In this document: positions 42,367-52,250 of the stretch, in pieces
Layout of the letters: every line of letters begins with the position of its first letter
Numbering within the stretch: the stretch's first letter is position 1
Origin: Candidatus Omnitrophota bacterium
GTDB lineage: Bacteria > Omnitrophota > Omnitrophia > Omnitrophales > JACQLI01
Length of the DNA: 64,000 nucleotides
Direction of reading: 5' to 3'
NCBI GenBank assembly: GCA_016179745.1
Contig: JACPCP010000011.1
Span: forward strand, 41 to 64,040
Notes under the pieces: model-generated
What the model was told of the DNA's origin: nothing
Databases searched by the model: none
What the model saw: only the letters and a program-made list of their open reading frames with translations
Program-made: the position numbers and the translations under genes

Positions 42367-42425
42367 TTTCACAAAAAAAGTAGGAGAAGGGCCCTGGGCC
42401 CCTCTCCTTGACACTCCTTAATCTC

Positions 42426-43373
42426 TTAAGATTGCGGTTGCTCCGCCCAATTCCGAAGGAGGCGCACTTCGGGCTCGAGGCGGACCCCAAACAGCTCGGA
42501 CACTTTTTCCTGGACGAGCTCGATCAGTCGAAGAACGTCCGTGGCCCGGGCGCCCCCCACGTTGACGATAAAGTTGGCGTGCCGGGGCGAAATCATAGCG
42601 CCGCCGATCCTTTTTCCCTTGAGGCCGGCCCGGTCAATCAACTGGCCGGCCGAACCCGAGTCGCCCGGCGGGTTCTTGAAGACGGAGCCCACGCTCGGGT
42701 AACGGACATCCTGGACCTTGTTCCGATAACTGAAATTGGCCTGGATCTCCTTCTGGATTTCCTCCCGGTCCCGGGGAAAAAGTTTCAGCTGGGCCCCGAG
42801 AAGGACGAGGCCCTCCAGGTTCGATTTTCGGTAGCTGAATTCAAGCGACTCCCGTCCGAGCCTGACGGCCTCTCCGGCCGGCGTCAGAGCCGAGACTTCC
42901 TGGACAAAATCTCCGATTTCCATTTTCCGCCCGGGAAAACGGCTGAAGCCGGCATTCATCACGAGGGCCCCGCCCACGGTGCCGGGAATGTGGCTCAGGA
43001 ATTCAAGGCCCCCGAAGCCCTGGTCCCGTGCGGCCAGCGCCAGGCGATATAAGTGGATCCCGCTCGAGACCGTCACCGTGTAATTTGTTTTGTCAAAAAC
43101 GATTCTTTCCGGTTCGAAATGAATCAAGGTCGCCACGAGACCCGGAAAGCCCTCGTCCGGAAAGAGAAGGTTGGAACCCTTTCCAATGGCTAGAAAGGGG
43201 ATTTTTTCCTGGCGGGCAAACTGGAGCAGAAGCTCCAGCTCCTCCGAGGTCGTCGGTTCCGCAAAGTAGCGGGCCGGCCCCCCGATTTGGAACGTGGAAT
43301 ACCGGGCAAGGGAAACGTCAAATCGGAGCGGGATTCTGAATTCGGCTGTTTTTAATCCGTCGGGTAAATTCAT
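42426..43373 (-). CDS. murB: UDP-N-acetylenolpyruvoylglucosamine reductase
   Basis: LARYSTFQIGGPARYF and GKGSNLL, with a C-terminal SVFKNP...AGQLID region. The start (ATG 43373 chosen) is uncertain, because every candidate overlaps the murC 3' end. Confidence 0.9.
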   Translation of the reverse strand: MNLPDGLKTAEFRIPLRFDVSLARYSTFQIGGPARYFAEPTTSEELELLLQFARQEKIPFLAIGKGSNLLFPDEGFPGLVATLIHFEPERIVFDKTNYTVTVSSGIHLYRLALAARDQGFGGLEFLSHIPGTVGGALVMNAGFSRFPGRKMEIGDFVQEVSALTPAGEAVRLGRESLEFSYRKSNLEGLVLLGAQLKLFPRDREEIQKEIQANFSYRNKVQDVRYPSVGSVFKNPPGDSGSAGQLIDRAGLKGKRIGGAMISPRHANFIVNVGGARATDVLRLIELVQEKVSELFGVRLEPEVRLLRNWAEQPQS

Positions 43374-44733
43374 CCGCCACCTCATTGATGTCGCCCGCCC
43401 CGAGGAAGGCAATCACGCCCTCCTTGAAATCACGAGAAAAAAGGTAATCCGCCACCCGGTCCCGGGGGACCATCTTGACGGAAGGGTGCTTGGTTTTTCG
43501 AACGGCTTCGTAAATGAGTTCGCTCGTCACATTATCCGGATTTTTTTCTCCGGCTCCATAAATTTCTGTCAGGATGAGCTCATCCGCCTCCCGAAAGGCG
43601 TCCCCGAAGCGCAGCCCCAGGTAACGGGTGCGGCTGAAGCGGTGCGGCTGGAACACCACCGTGACCTGTTTTCCGAGCCGGGTCAGGGCCCGGATCGAGG
43701 CCGCCACCTCAGCGGGGTGGTGGGCGTAGTCATCAATCACGACCATTTGGTCGAGCTCCAGCTTGACCTCCAGCCGCCGGCGGGCGCCCCGGAACCGAAA
43801 CAAGGCTTCGAGGATTTCATCCAGGTCCAGACCCATTTCGAGGAGGACCGTAATGGCCCCGAGGGAATTCAAGACATTGTGGACGCCGGGGACAGAAAGC
43901 AGGACCCGGGAGGCAAAAAATCCGTTTTGGAAAAGGTCGAATTCCGAATGAAAGCCTTCGAGCTGGATATTTTGGGCCGAGACGTCCGCCTCCGGCGAAA
44001 GCCCGAAACTCAAACGGGGTTGGGCGCTCGCCGGCACCAGCTCCCGCAGCACGGGGTCCTCGGCCGAATAAACCACCAGGCCGGGGTTCGTCAGATTGGA
44101 AAGGAACCGGGCCATACAGTGCTTGAGGTCCTCCAGATCGGCGTAGTGGTCCATATGATCTTCTTCAAGGTTGGTCAGGACGGCGTAGTTGGGGGCGTAA
44201 TACTGCTGGGAGCGGTCGCTCTCGTCGACTTCCGACACAAAGTATTCGTTTCCGCCGAGGAGGGTGTTGGAGCCGACGTTCACAATCTCTCCCCCCACCA
44301 GGCAGGTGGGGTGGCGTCCGGTCTCGGACAACACAAAAGAGATCATCGAGGTCGTGGTGGTCTTTCCGTGGGTCCCCGTCACGCCGATCGAGGTTTCGGC
44401 CTGGTGCATCAGGCCGGCCAGCGCCTCGGCCCGGTGAAGGACCGGAAGCCCCCGCTCCCGGGCCCAAATCATTTCAGCGTGATCCTTGGAAATGGCGGAG
44501 GAATAAATAATCAAATCCCGGGGCTCCAAAAAATTTTCCTTCTGGCCCACGTGGACTGTAATCCCGTGGCTCCGGAGTTCCCGGACCCAATGATTTTCGC
44601 TGAGGTCGGAGCCCGCCACCTCATAACCCCGGTGACGAAGCACCCGGGCCAAGGCGCTCATCCCCACGCCTCCGATTCCGATCAAATAAATGCGTCTCGA
44701 GGGATCGAGAATCGTTTCCCGGACGGGGGTCAT
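43318..44733 (-). CDS. murC: UDP-N-acetylmuramate--L-alanine ligase
   Basis: 471 aa. IYLIGIGGVGMSALA and GVTGTHGKTTTT motifs. Confidence 0.95.
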   Translation of the reverse strand: MTPVRETILDPSRRIYLIGIGGVGMSALARVLRHRGYEVAGSDLSENHWVRELRSHGITVHVGQKENFLEPRDLIIYSSAISKDHAEMIWARERGLPVLHRAEALAGLMHQAETSIGVTGTHGKTTTTSMISFVLSETGRHPTCLVGGEIVNVGSNTLLGGNEYFVSEVDESDRSQQYYAPNYAVLTNLEEDHMDHYADLEDLKHCMARFLSNLTNPGLVVYSAEDPVLRELVPASAQPRLSFGLSPEADVSAQNIQLEGFHSEFDLFQNGFFASRVLLSVPGVHNVLNSLGAITVLLEMGLDLDEILEALFRFRGARRRLEVKLELDQMVVIDDYAHHPAEVAASIRALTRLGKQVTVVFQPHRFSRTRYLGLRFGDAFREADELILTEIYGAGEKNPDNVTSELIYEAVRKTKHPSVKMVPRDRVADYLFSRDFKEGVIAFLGAGDINEVADEFTRRIKNSRIQNPAPI

Positions 44734-45851
44734 CGGGGCGTCTCCAAAATTTTTTCCGCCAGCTCGGCCAGACGGCGGGACGCCTCGGGCCGGGCCAGGC
44801 CCCGCAGACTCTTGGACATCTGCCTTCTCAAGTCAGACGAGCGGATGAGTTCGAAAACTTTCTCTTTGAGCCGGGCGGGCGTCGCCTTTGATTCCGGAAG
44901 CAAGACGACTCCGCCGGCCCGGTTGAAAGACTCGGCATTCAACTCCTGATGCCCTTCCGCATACGGGAAGGGAATGACGACGGCGGGAAGTCCAAAGAGG
45001 GCGAGTTCAAAAAGCGTATTGGCGCCGGACCGGGTCAGGGCCAGGTCCGCCTCCGGATAAAGCTCCTCCATTTGTTCGTGAAACGGATAAACCAGCGCCT
45101 CGATCCCCTTTTCGAAATACATCTTTTTGATCCCCTCAAATTCCTTTCTCCCTGTTATATGAATTACGGCCAAACCCTGCTTTTCTTCACGGCTGAATAA
45201 ATCCCAAGTCTCCAGAACGAGCCGGTTGAGCGATTGGGACCCCTGGGACCCGCCCACAACCAGGATCCGTTCTTTGCCGGGGGCAAAGAGCGGCGGGTCC
45301 TTTCTCTCAGACCGGGCCGCCCGGTGAATCAGCGAAGCCCGAAGCGGGAGACCGGTTCGAATGAGAGAGATCGACGGGGGGAACCCTTGAGTCCGTTCGA
45401 AACTGACGGCGACCTGACCGGCGAGGCGGGCCGCCCAGACGTTTGCCCGGCCGGCGGACCGATTCTGCTCGTGGATCAGGACGGGAATTTTTCTCCTGCG
45501 GCTTGCCACAACGCCCGGGAAACTGGTGTAACTCCCAAACCCCACCGTCAACTCCGGTTTAAAACGGTTCAAAAGAAGTTCCGTCTTCCAAAAAGCCTGC
45601 AGTAATTTTAACAGAAAGGAAGGCACACAAAGAAAGAAATCCCAATTTCTAGGCCGGGGAAGGGGGAAATCGGGAAGCCAGCCAAACTGAATCCCGCTCG
45701 TCTCTTCCGACGGGCGGACCAAATTTCGCCCACGCTCCCCCGTCACCAAAAGAATCACAGACGAGGGGCGGCGCTCTTTAAAACTTTGACAAAACGCCAG
45801 CGCCGGAAAAAAGTGTCCGCCGGTCGGGCCGGCAAAAACGGCCACCCTCAC
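44730..45851 (-). CDS. murG: undecaprenyldiphospho-muramoylpentapeptide beta-N-acetylglucosaminyltransferase
   Basis: 373 aa. FAGPTGGHFFPALA and VVGGSQGS motifs. dcw context. Confidence 0.92.
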   Translation of the reverse strand: MRVAVFAGPTGGHFFPALAFCQSFKERRPSSVILLVTGERGRNLVRPSEETSGIQFGWLPDFPLPRPRNWDFFLCVPSFLLKLLQAFWKTELLLNRFKPELTVGFGSYTSFPGVVASRRRKIPVLIHEQNRSAGRANVWAARLAGQVAVSFERTQGFPPSISLIRTGLPLRASLIHRAARSERKDPPLFAPGKERILVVGGSQGSQSLNRLVLETWDLFSREEKQGLAVIHITGRKEFEGIKKMYFEKGIEALVYPFHEQMEELYPEADLALTRSGANTLFELALFGLPAVVIPFPYAEGHQELNAESFNRAGGVVLLPESKATPARLKEKVFELIRSSDLRRQMSKSLRGLARPEASRRLAELAEKILETPR

Positions 45852-46966
45852 GGGCGCTTCCAGACGGCATTCCGGCCTCCCTGAATCCCCCGGTCCAGGG
45901 CCAGGAGCACTCCCACCCCAAACAGATTGAAAACAAGCGAAGTCCCCCCGTAGCTCACAAAGGGAAGAGGCAATCCTTTGGTGGGGATCAGCCCGGTGGC
46001 CACCAGCATATTGATGAGGGCCTGCACCACAATGAGGGAGACAAGCGAAGTCACAAAAAGTTTTTCGAAGTTCGTCCGGGCCCGGTTGGCGATCCGGATG
46101 CCGGCCATCAAGATGACGCTGTAGAGCGCAAGAATGAAGACGGTCCCGATCAACCCCAGTTCCTCCCCGATGATCGAAAAGATGAAATCGTTGTAGCTTT
46201 GGGGAAGATAAAAAAGCTTCTGGGCGCCCTCCCCGAGCCCGACCCCCCGCACGCCCCCGAGGCCGAAGGCCAGGAGCGACTGGATGATTTGAAACCCGCT
46301 CCCCTGGGGGTCGTTCCAGGGGTTCAGGTAGGCCGTCACCCGGGCGAGCCGGTAAGGAATACGAACGACCAGGAAGTAAAAGATGGGGACAAAGACAAGA
46401 TTGGCCAGGAGGACAAACCGCATCCGGATCCCGGAGAGAAAGAAAAGGATCGAGGCAATCAGAAAAATGAAAACGGCCGAACCCAGGTCCGGCTGCAGCA
46501 GGACGAGGCCGCAGGTGACCGACAGGACCAGGAGGGGCGGGAGGAGCGCAAGGAACTCCCCTTTCTGGATCTCTTTCATTCGGCGGGAGAGGTAGTCAGA
46601 GAGATAAAGACAGACCGAAAGCTTTGCGATTTCAACCGGCTGGAAATTCAAGGGGCCGAGCCGGATCCACCGCCTCGCCCCTCCGGCCTCGTGGCCGATC
46701 ACCGGAAGGAGGACCCCTACGAGCAGGAGGAGCGACAAGATCAAAAGTTCCCGGGCGTGCTCCTTCCAGAGCGAAGGATCGATCCCGGCCCCGAGAAAAA
46801 GAAATCCGGTCCCCACGACCCCGTAGAGAATTTGGCGGTAGAGGAAATAGGTGGGGCTTTTAAAGACCTGCTCGGCATAAACGGCGCTCGCACTGTAAGT
46901 CATCACGATGCCGAAGCTCACCAGGAGATAAACGGCAATGAAAAGGGCCTTGGCTTCCTTGGACAT
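45848..46966 (-). CDS. ftsW: SEDS family lipid II flippase / peptidoglycan polymerase FtsW
   Basis: Start ATG 46966-46964 (MSKEAKALFI...). Polytopic membrane protein with FQPVEIAKL and PFVSYGGTS motifs. Confidence 0.9.
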   Translation of the reverse strand: MSKEAKALFIAVYLLVSFGIVMTYSASAVYAEQVFKSPTYFLYRQILYGVVGTGFLFLGAGIDPSLWKEHARELLILSLLLLVGVLLPVIGHEAGGARRWIRLGPLNFQPVEIAKLSVCLYLSDYLSRRMKEIQKGEFLALLPPLLVLSVTCGLVLLQPDLGSAVFIFLIASILFFLSGIRMRFVLLANLVFVPIFYFLVVRIPYRLARVTAYLNPWNDPQGSGFQIIQSLLAFGLGGVRGVGLGEGAQKLFYLPQSYNDFIFSIIGEELGLIGTVFILALYSVILMAGIRIANRARTNFEKLFVTSLVSLIVVQALINMLVATGLIPTKGLPLPFVSYGGTSLVFNLFGVGVLLALDRGIQGGRNAVWKRP

Positions 46967-46970
46967 CCGA

Positions 46971-48239
46971 TTATGTAGAAACGGTTTTGGACCGGGCTTC
47001 TTCGACCAGTTTCTTGAAAAGGGTTCCCCGCTCCCGGTAATTCGAAAATTGGTCGAAGCTCGCACAGGCCGGGGAAAGTAAAACCACATCGCCCGGCTGG
47101 GCGGCCTTCAAGGCCTCTTTAAAAGCGGCCGCCAGATCCGGCACCCGTTTGAGCGGGGCCGTTCCCCTCCAGCTTTCCTCGAGAAGATTCTGAGCCTCCC
47201 CGTAAAGCACGACGAGTTTGGCCTTCCTTTGGACCCGCTCCCGCACGGAACGGAAATCCGCCCCCTTGTCGTGACCGCCTGCGAGGAGGATGGTCTTTTC
47301 GTCGGGGGACTTGGTGAGCGCCCAAATCAGCGCTTCCACCGTCGTGCATTTGGAGTCGTTCAGGAAGCGGACCCCGTCGATCTCCCCCACGTTTTCCAGC
47401 CGGTGCCGAAGCCCCTCGAAACGGTCCAGCACTTCTTTTGTCCGAATCGGGTCCAACCCGAGGAGGCTCGTCACTTCTCCCAGGACCTGCTGATTCGGAT
47501 CTCCCTCGCTCCGGTCGGTAAAATAGACAAGTTTGCCCTGAAAGGGAAAATTTGGAAACGAATGTTCCCGGTCCGAACGTCGCACGAGAGCGTAGTCACG
47601 GGGCGTCTGGTTTCTAAAAAGCCGGAGTTTGGCCGCCACGTAATCTTCGAGAGTCGGGTGCCAATCCAGGTGATTGGGGCCCACGTTCAACAGAATCCCG
47701 ATCGAGGGACGAAAGGACTCCGTATAAAGCAATTGGAAGGAACTCACCTCCAAGACCACCTGGGTTTCCTTCGTTATTTTTTCGATTTCTCCGATCCAGG
47801 GGTTCCCGATATTTCCGCACAAGACGGCGGTGAGGCCGTTGGCTTCGAGGATCCGGTAAAGGAGCGTGGCCACCGTGGTCTTTCCGCTGGTTCCCGTGAC
47901 GGCCACGACAGGGTTTCTCGAGAACCACGAAGCCGCCTCCACTTCGCTCGCAATCGGAATGTTTCTCTTTTGGAGTGCGAGGACGGCCTCGGAAGACGGG
48001 GGGACCCCGGGAGAAATGAGCACCCAGTCGCAATCTGAAATTTTTTCCAGCGTGTGCCCGCCCAGCTCGAAAGGGATTTTCTCCTCCTGAAGCCGGCGGG
48101 ACCTTTTCTCAGCCGCCTCGGAGATGCCGGCGTCCGAGACAAAAATTTTGAAACCCCTCTGCTTCAGGAAAAGGGCGGCGGCGAGCCCCGTCTCCCCGAG
48201 CCCGAGGACCGTCACCCGTTTCTGATCCTTTAAATCCAT
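46971..48239 (-). CDS. murD: UDP-N-acetylmuramoylalanine--D-glutamate ligase
   Basis: 422 aa. VTVLGLGETG and VAVTGTSGKTTV motifs. Confidence 0.95.
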   Translation of the reverse strand: MDLKDQKRVTVLGLGETGLAAALFLKQRGFKIFVSDAGISEAAEKRSRRLQEEKIPFELGGHTLEKISDCDWVLISPGVPPSSEAVLALQKRNIPIASEVEAASWFSRNPVVAVTGTSGKTTVATLLYRILEANGLTAVLCGNIGNPWIGEIEKITKETQVVLEVSSFQLLYTESFRPSIGILLNVGPNHLDWHPTLEDYVAAKLRLFRNQTPRDYALVRRSDREHSFPNFPFQGKLVYFTDRSEGDPNQQVLGEVTSLLGLDPIRTKEVLDRFEGLRHRLENVGEIDGVRFLNDSKCTTVEALIWALTKSPDEKTILLAGGHDKGADFRSVRERVQRKAKLVVLYGEAQNLLEESWRGTAPLKRVPDLAAAFKEALKAAQPGDVVLLSPACASFDQFSNYRERGTLFKKLVEEARSKTVST

Positions 48240-48248
48240 CCGCCGCCT

Positions 48249-49352
48249 CTACCTCAACTTCAGGGTGCTGAGCCCGATCAGGGCCAGGATGAAACTCACG
48301 ATCCAGAGCCGGACCGTCACCTTGGACTCCGGCCACCCCTTGAGCTGCAGGTGGTGGTGAAAGGGGCTCATCAAAAAAATCCGCTTCTTGAACATCTTAA
48401 AGCTCGCCACCTGGAGGATCACCGAGAGCGCCTCCCAGACAAAAATTCCGGCCACGATCAGAAGGACGAGTTCCTTTTTGATCAGGATCGCCACCGCCCC
48501 GAGGGCGCCGCCGAGCGAAAGAGACCCCGTGTCCCCCATCATCACCTCCGCCGGGTAGGAGTTATACCAGAGAAAACCGGCGCTCGCCCCCACCAGGGCG
48601 GAGCAGAAGACGGTCAGCTCCCCGGCGCCGGGGACATAAATTTCCTGGAGGTAAGCCGAATAATCCACCCGGCCGACGACGTAGCAAATCACGGCAAAGG
48701 CCCCCATCACAAAAAGCAGGCAGCCGATCGCCAGGCCGTCCAGCCCGTCGGTCAGGTTGAGGGCATTGGAGGTCCCGACCAGGACCACCACCACAAAAGG
48801 AATAAAGAGAGCGCCCAGATAAAGGAACGTGCTCTTAAAAAAAGGAAAGTAAAGCAGCTTGTCGAAACCGGGGTCGAGGTAGAGGTAAAGCCCGAGGGCG
48901 AGCCCGGCGATCAGCTGGCCCGCAAATTTGGTGAAGCTTGAAAGCCCTCGGGAACTTTTGCTTTTCAGCTTGATCCAGTCATCGAGAAAACCGACGAACC
49001 CGAACCAGAGGACCACGGCGCTCAGGATCCAGACCGAGGGGACCTGCCAGTTTCCCCAGAGGAGAAGGGAACTCAGGAGACCTGCAATGATCAGAAGCCC
49101 CCCCATCGTCGGCGTCTCTTTCTTGTTCGCATAAAAGGCGTGGAGCTTCTCGGCATATTCCCTTTCCGTGTGGGCGAGGGCCTGCATCCCCTTCAAGGCA
49201 CGAATCACCCACGGTCCGAGGACCAGGCAAAGCACAAAGGCCGTCACACTCGCCGCCGCCGCACGGAAGGTGATGTAACGGAAGACGTTAAAGACTGTGT
49301 GAAAGTCTCTGAGCGGATACAGCAGGTAATAAAGCACGAATGACCTCTTCAA
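48249..49352 (-). CDS. mraY: phospho-N-acetylmuramoyl-pentapeptide transferase
   Basis: 367 aa. FNVFRYITFR, KETPTMGG and NLTDGLDGLA motifs. Confidence 0.96.
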   Translation of the reverse strand: MKRSFVLYYLLYPLRDFHTVFNVFRYITFRAAAASVTAFVLCLVLGPWVIRALKGMQALAHTEREYAEKLHAFYANKKETPTMGGLLIIAGLLSSLLLWGNWQVPSVWILSAVVLWFGFVGFLDDWIKLKSKSSRGLSSFTKFAGQLIAGLALGLYLYLDPGFDKLLYFPFFKSTFLYLGALFIPFVVVVLVGTSNALNLTDGLDGLAIGCLLFVMGAFAVICYVVGRVDYSAYLQEIYVPGAGELTVFCSALVGASAGFLWYNSYPAEVMMGDTGSLSLGGALGAVAILIKKELVLLIVAGIFVWEALSVILQVASFKMFKKRIFLMSPFHHHLQLKGWPESKVTVRLWIVSFILALIGLSTLKLR

Positions 49353-50733
49353 GTTTCATGGCCCTGGATCCCTTGAAGAGCACTTGGTCTCCGGGTTTCA
49401 AGAAATTCGCCAGGAAGTGTGACAGCATCCCTTTGTCCTCAAAGTGCAGCGTGAGGGGAGGATTTCCCTCTTTCTCGCAGATCAAAGTCGCCTCCCGCAT
49501 CCAGTGCCCAACGGTGAGAAGGCCCTGAAATTTCATTTCCCGAATGCTCTTCCCCAGTTTGCGATGATAGTCCAGCGAGTGAGACCCGAGTTCCAACATA
49601 TCTCCCAAGACCAGGATCTTCCGGCCGCTCCCCTCCACGGCCCGAAAGGCCTCCAGCGATTTCTCGAAAGAATAGGGGTTTGCATTATAGCAGTCGTTGA
49701 TAAAGCGAACGCCTGCCCGGGGCGAAAAAACCTCGAAGCGTCCCTTTGGAAATTCAATCTCCTTCCAAACCGAAGGCCAATCTCCAAGAGCGGCGCCGGC
49801 GGCAAAGGAGGCCGCCAGGGCCGCCAGGGCATTTTCCGCCTGAAAGGAGGCATAACCGGGAAACTTGAATTCCCACCGGTCATTCACTTCAAAGGTCACC
49901 CAGCCGTCCTGGGACTGGACCCGGCTGAGGCGGAAATCCGAGGCCCGGTTTTTTCCAAAAAGGAGCAGGGACACCTTTCTCCGCCGGGCCCTCTGAATCA
50001 GCTCGGGGTCCCAGTCCGGAAGAACAAGTGTCCCCTTCTGCTGGACCAGCGCATCCGCCAGTTCCAGCTTGGCCTCGTAAACGCTGTCGAGAGAGCCGAA
50101 GCCTTCGAGGTGCGCCGCTGAGACCCCCGTGATGATCCCCACCCGGGGTTTCAAGAGAGCGCTTAATTTCCGGATTTCGCCCCGCCGGCTGGCGCCGAGT
50201 TCGGCAATGCAATAAAGGTGTTCCGGCTTCAGCCGGAAAAGCGTCAGCGGAAGCCCGAGGTGGTTGTTGTAATTTCCACGGGAGGAAAGGACGGGGTATT
50301 TTTGACCCAGGAGAAAACTGAGGAATTCCTTCGTGCTGGTTTTTCCGACACTGCCCGTGACCCCCAGGCCCACCGCTGAAAAACCGGAACGAAACAGGGC
50401 TGAAAGATCCCGGAGCGCCGCTTCCGGATCGGCCACCGGAATCAGATTATGAAACAAGGACCGCTCCCGGAAAATCCGCTCCCGGGTCTTCTTGAGATAA
50501 TCTTTCCGGATGACGGCGCCCGACGCCCCCCGCCGGAAGGCCTCCCAAAGGTGGTCGTGCCCGTCCTGATGGTTTCCCCGAAGGGCAAAAAAAACGTCCC
50601 CGGCCCCAAGGGTCCGGGTATCGATCGAAGCGCCGGACCCAGGCTTGAGGGGATCTGGAAGAATCAGCTCGCTCTTGAGCCGGACGGCCGCCTGTTCAAA
50701 ATTGAAAGCGCCGGGTCCGTGGGCCGTATTCAT
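49288..50733 (-). CDS. murF: UDP-N-acetylmuramoyl-tripeptide--D-alanyl-D-alanine ligase
   Basis: 481 aa. GVTGSVGKTSTKE, with a Mur ligase C-terminal domain. Confidence 0.93.
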   Translation of the reverse strand: MNTAHGPGAFNFEQAAVRLKSELILPDPLKPGSGASIDTRTLGAGDVFFALRGNHQDGHDHLWEAFRRGASGAVIRKDYLKKTRERIFRERSLFHNLIPVADPEAALRDLSALFRSGFSAVGLGVTGSVGKTSTKEFLSFLLGQKYPVLSSRGNYNNHLGLPLTLFRLKPEHLYCIAELGASRRGEIRKLSALLKPRVGIITGVSAAHLEGFGSLDSVYEAKLELADALVQQKGTLVLPDWDPELIQRARRRKVSLLLFGKNRASDFRLSRVQSQDGWVTFEVNDRWEFKFPGYASFQAENALAALAASFAAGAALGDWPSVWKEIEFPKGRFEVFSPRAGVRFINDCYNANPYSFEKSLEAFRAVEGSGRKILVLGDMLELGSHSLDYHRKLGKSIREMKFQGLLTVGHWMREATLICEKEGNPPLTLHFEDKGMLSHFLANFLKPGDQVLFKGSRAMKLEEVIRALLPAVSAQRLSHSL

Positions 50734-50734
50734 T

Positions 50735-52213
50735 TCAATGAAGGAGGGGGGCCTGTCTTTGTTTTAAAATTTCACGCACCGTTTCCCGGTCGTCGAAGTG
50801 GATCTTCCGGGTCGCCAAAACCTGAGTGTCCTCATGCCCCTTGCCCAAGATGAAAAGAACATCCCCCGCCTCCGCCATCGCCAGGAGCTCCCCGAGGGCC
50901 TCCCGCCGGTCTGGGATCTCACGCACGTTCGGGAGGTTCGACGCCGACGGAAGGCCGCATCGCATTTGGCGGAGGATTTCAGCCGGGTCTTCGGTGCGGG
51001 GGTTATCGGAGGTCAGGACCACAATGTCCGAGTAGCGATAGGCAATGCGGGTCATCTCGGGGCGCTTGGCGGAGTCCCGGTCACCGCCGCAGCCGAAAAG
51101 GGTGAGGATCCGTCTCGGATGAAGCTCCCGGGCCCGGGCAAGGACATTTTCAAAGGCGTCGGGCGTGTGGGCGTAATCGACAAAGACCCGGAAGCCCTCA
51201 GCCTCGATGGGCTCCAGCCGCCCCGGGACCCCGGAAAATTTTCCAAGCGCCTCCCTGAACTCCCCCGGATTGAAGCCGAGCAGATGGAGGCTCGCCAGGA
51301 CCGCAGTCATATTTTCAACATTGTGTCGGAGCGCCAGAGAACTGTGAAATTTTGACCGCCCTCCGGGCCACTCGAAGACAAACTCACTCCCCTCAAAACG
51401 GGCCGTGATTTCCCGGGCCCGGTAATCGGCTTCTCCCTCCAAAGAGTAGGTTTTGGAACCGGGGTGTTCGCCCAGAAGTTTCTTTCCGTATTCAGAATCC
51501 CGGTTGATCAGGATTTTTTTAGGAGAGTAGGGGGCTTCAAAAAGCCGCCGCTTCGCCCCGTAATAATCCGCCATTGTTTTATGGTAATCGAGGTGCTCGG
51601 GGCTGAGCCCCGTAAAGACCGCCAATTCGAATTCTAGGCCGCCGATCCGCTGTTGATCCAGGGCGTGCGAGGAGACCTCCAGGGCCACTGAGCGCACCCC
51701 TTCTTTGACCGCCTCGTTGAGAAGACGGTAGAGTTCGACCGATCCGGGCGTCGTGTTGCCGAGAGCGGCCTTCGCCCGGGGACTTTCATATCCCAGGGTC
51801 CCCAGATAGGCGCTCGGGATTCGAAAGTTGAGAAGGGACTTGAGAAGATAAGCGAGGGTCGTCTTGCCGTTTGTCCCGGTGATCCCGATGAGCTTGAGGC
51901 GCCGGGAGGGAAAATCATAAAACTGATTTAAGAGAAGGCTGAGCGCCTCCCGGCTTGAGGCCACTTGAATAAAGGAAACACCGGCAGGGAGCAGGACCCG
52001 GAGAGGTCTTTCCCCCACCAGGACGGCGGCTTTCCGCCGAATCGCCTCTTCATAATGGAGATGCCCGTCCGTCTCGGGCCCCGGGCAGGCCACAAAGAGG
52101 TCCCCCGGCCCCGTCCGGCGGGAATCGGTGACAATCGCAGAGATTTCGAGCGTGGGGTTCCAATTTTTACGGCCGGTGACGGCAAGCGCCCGGGTCAGTT
52201 TGGATAATTCCAT
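50735..52213 (-). CDS. murE: UDP-N-acetylmuramoyl-L-alanyl-D-glutamate--2,6-diaminopimelate ligase
   Basis: Start ATG 52213-52211 (MELSKLTRAL...). GITGTNGKTT and a DNPRTEDP motif (DNPR, associated with meso-DAP-adding enzymes). Confidence 0.93.
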   Translation of the reverse strand: MELSKLTRALAVTGRKNWNPTLEISAIVTDSRRTGPGDLFVACPGPETDGHLHYEEAIRRKAAVLVGERPLRVLLPAGVSFIQVASSREALSLLLNQFYDFPSRRLKLIGITGTNGKTTLAYLLKSLLNFRIPSAYLGTLGYESPRAKAALGNTTPGSVELYRLLNEAVKEGVRSVALEVSSHALDQQRIGGLEFELAVFTGLSPEHLDYHKTMADYYGAKRRLFEAPYSPKKILINRDSEYGKKLLGEHPGSKTYSLEGEADYRAREITARFEGSEFVFEWPGGRSKFHSSLALRHNVENMTAVLASLHLLGFNPGEFREALGKFSGVPGRLEPIEAEGFRVFVDYAHTPDAFENVLARARELHPRRILTLFGCGGDRDSAKRPEMTRIAYRYSDIVVLTSDNPRTEDPAEILRQMRCGLPSASNLPNVREIPDRREALGELLAMAEAGDVLFILGKGHEDTQVLATRKIHFDDRETVREILKQRQAPLLH

Positions 52214-52250
52214 ATCTAAAATTTCGGTCCTCCGGCCCGCTTTCTTAACC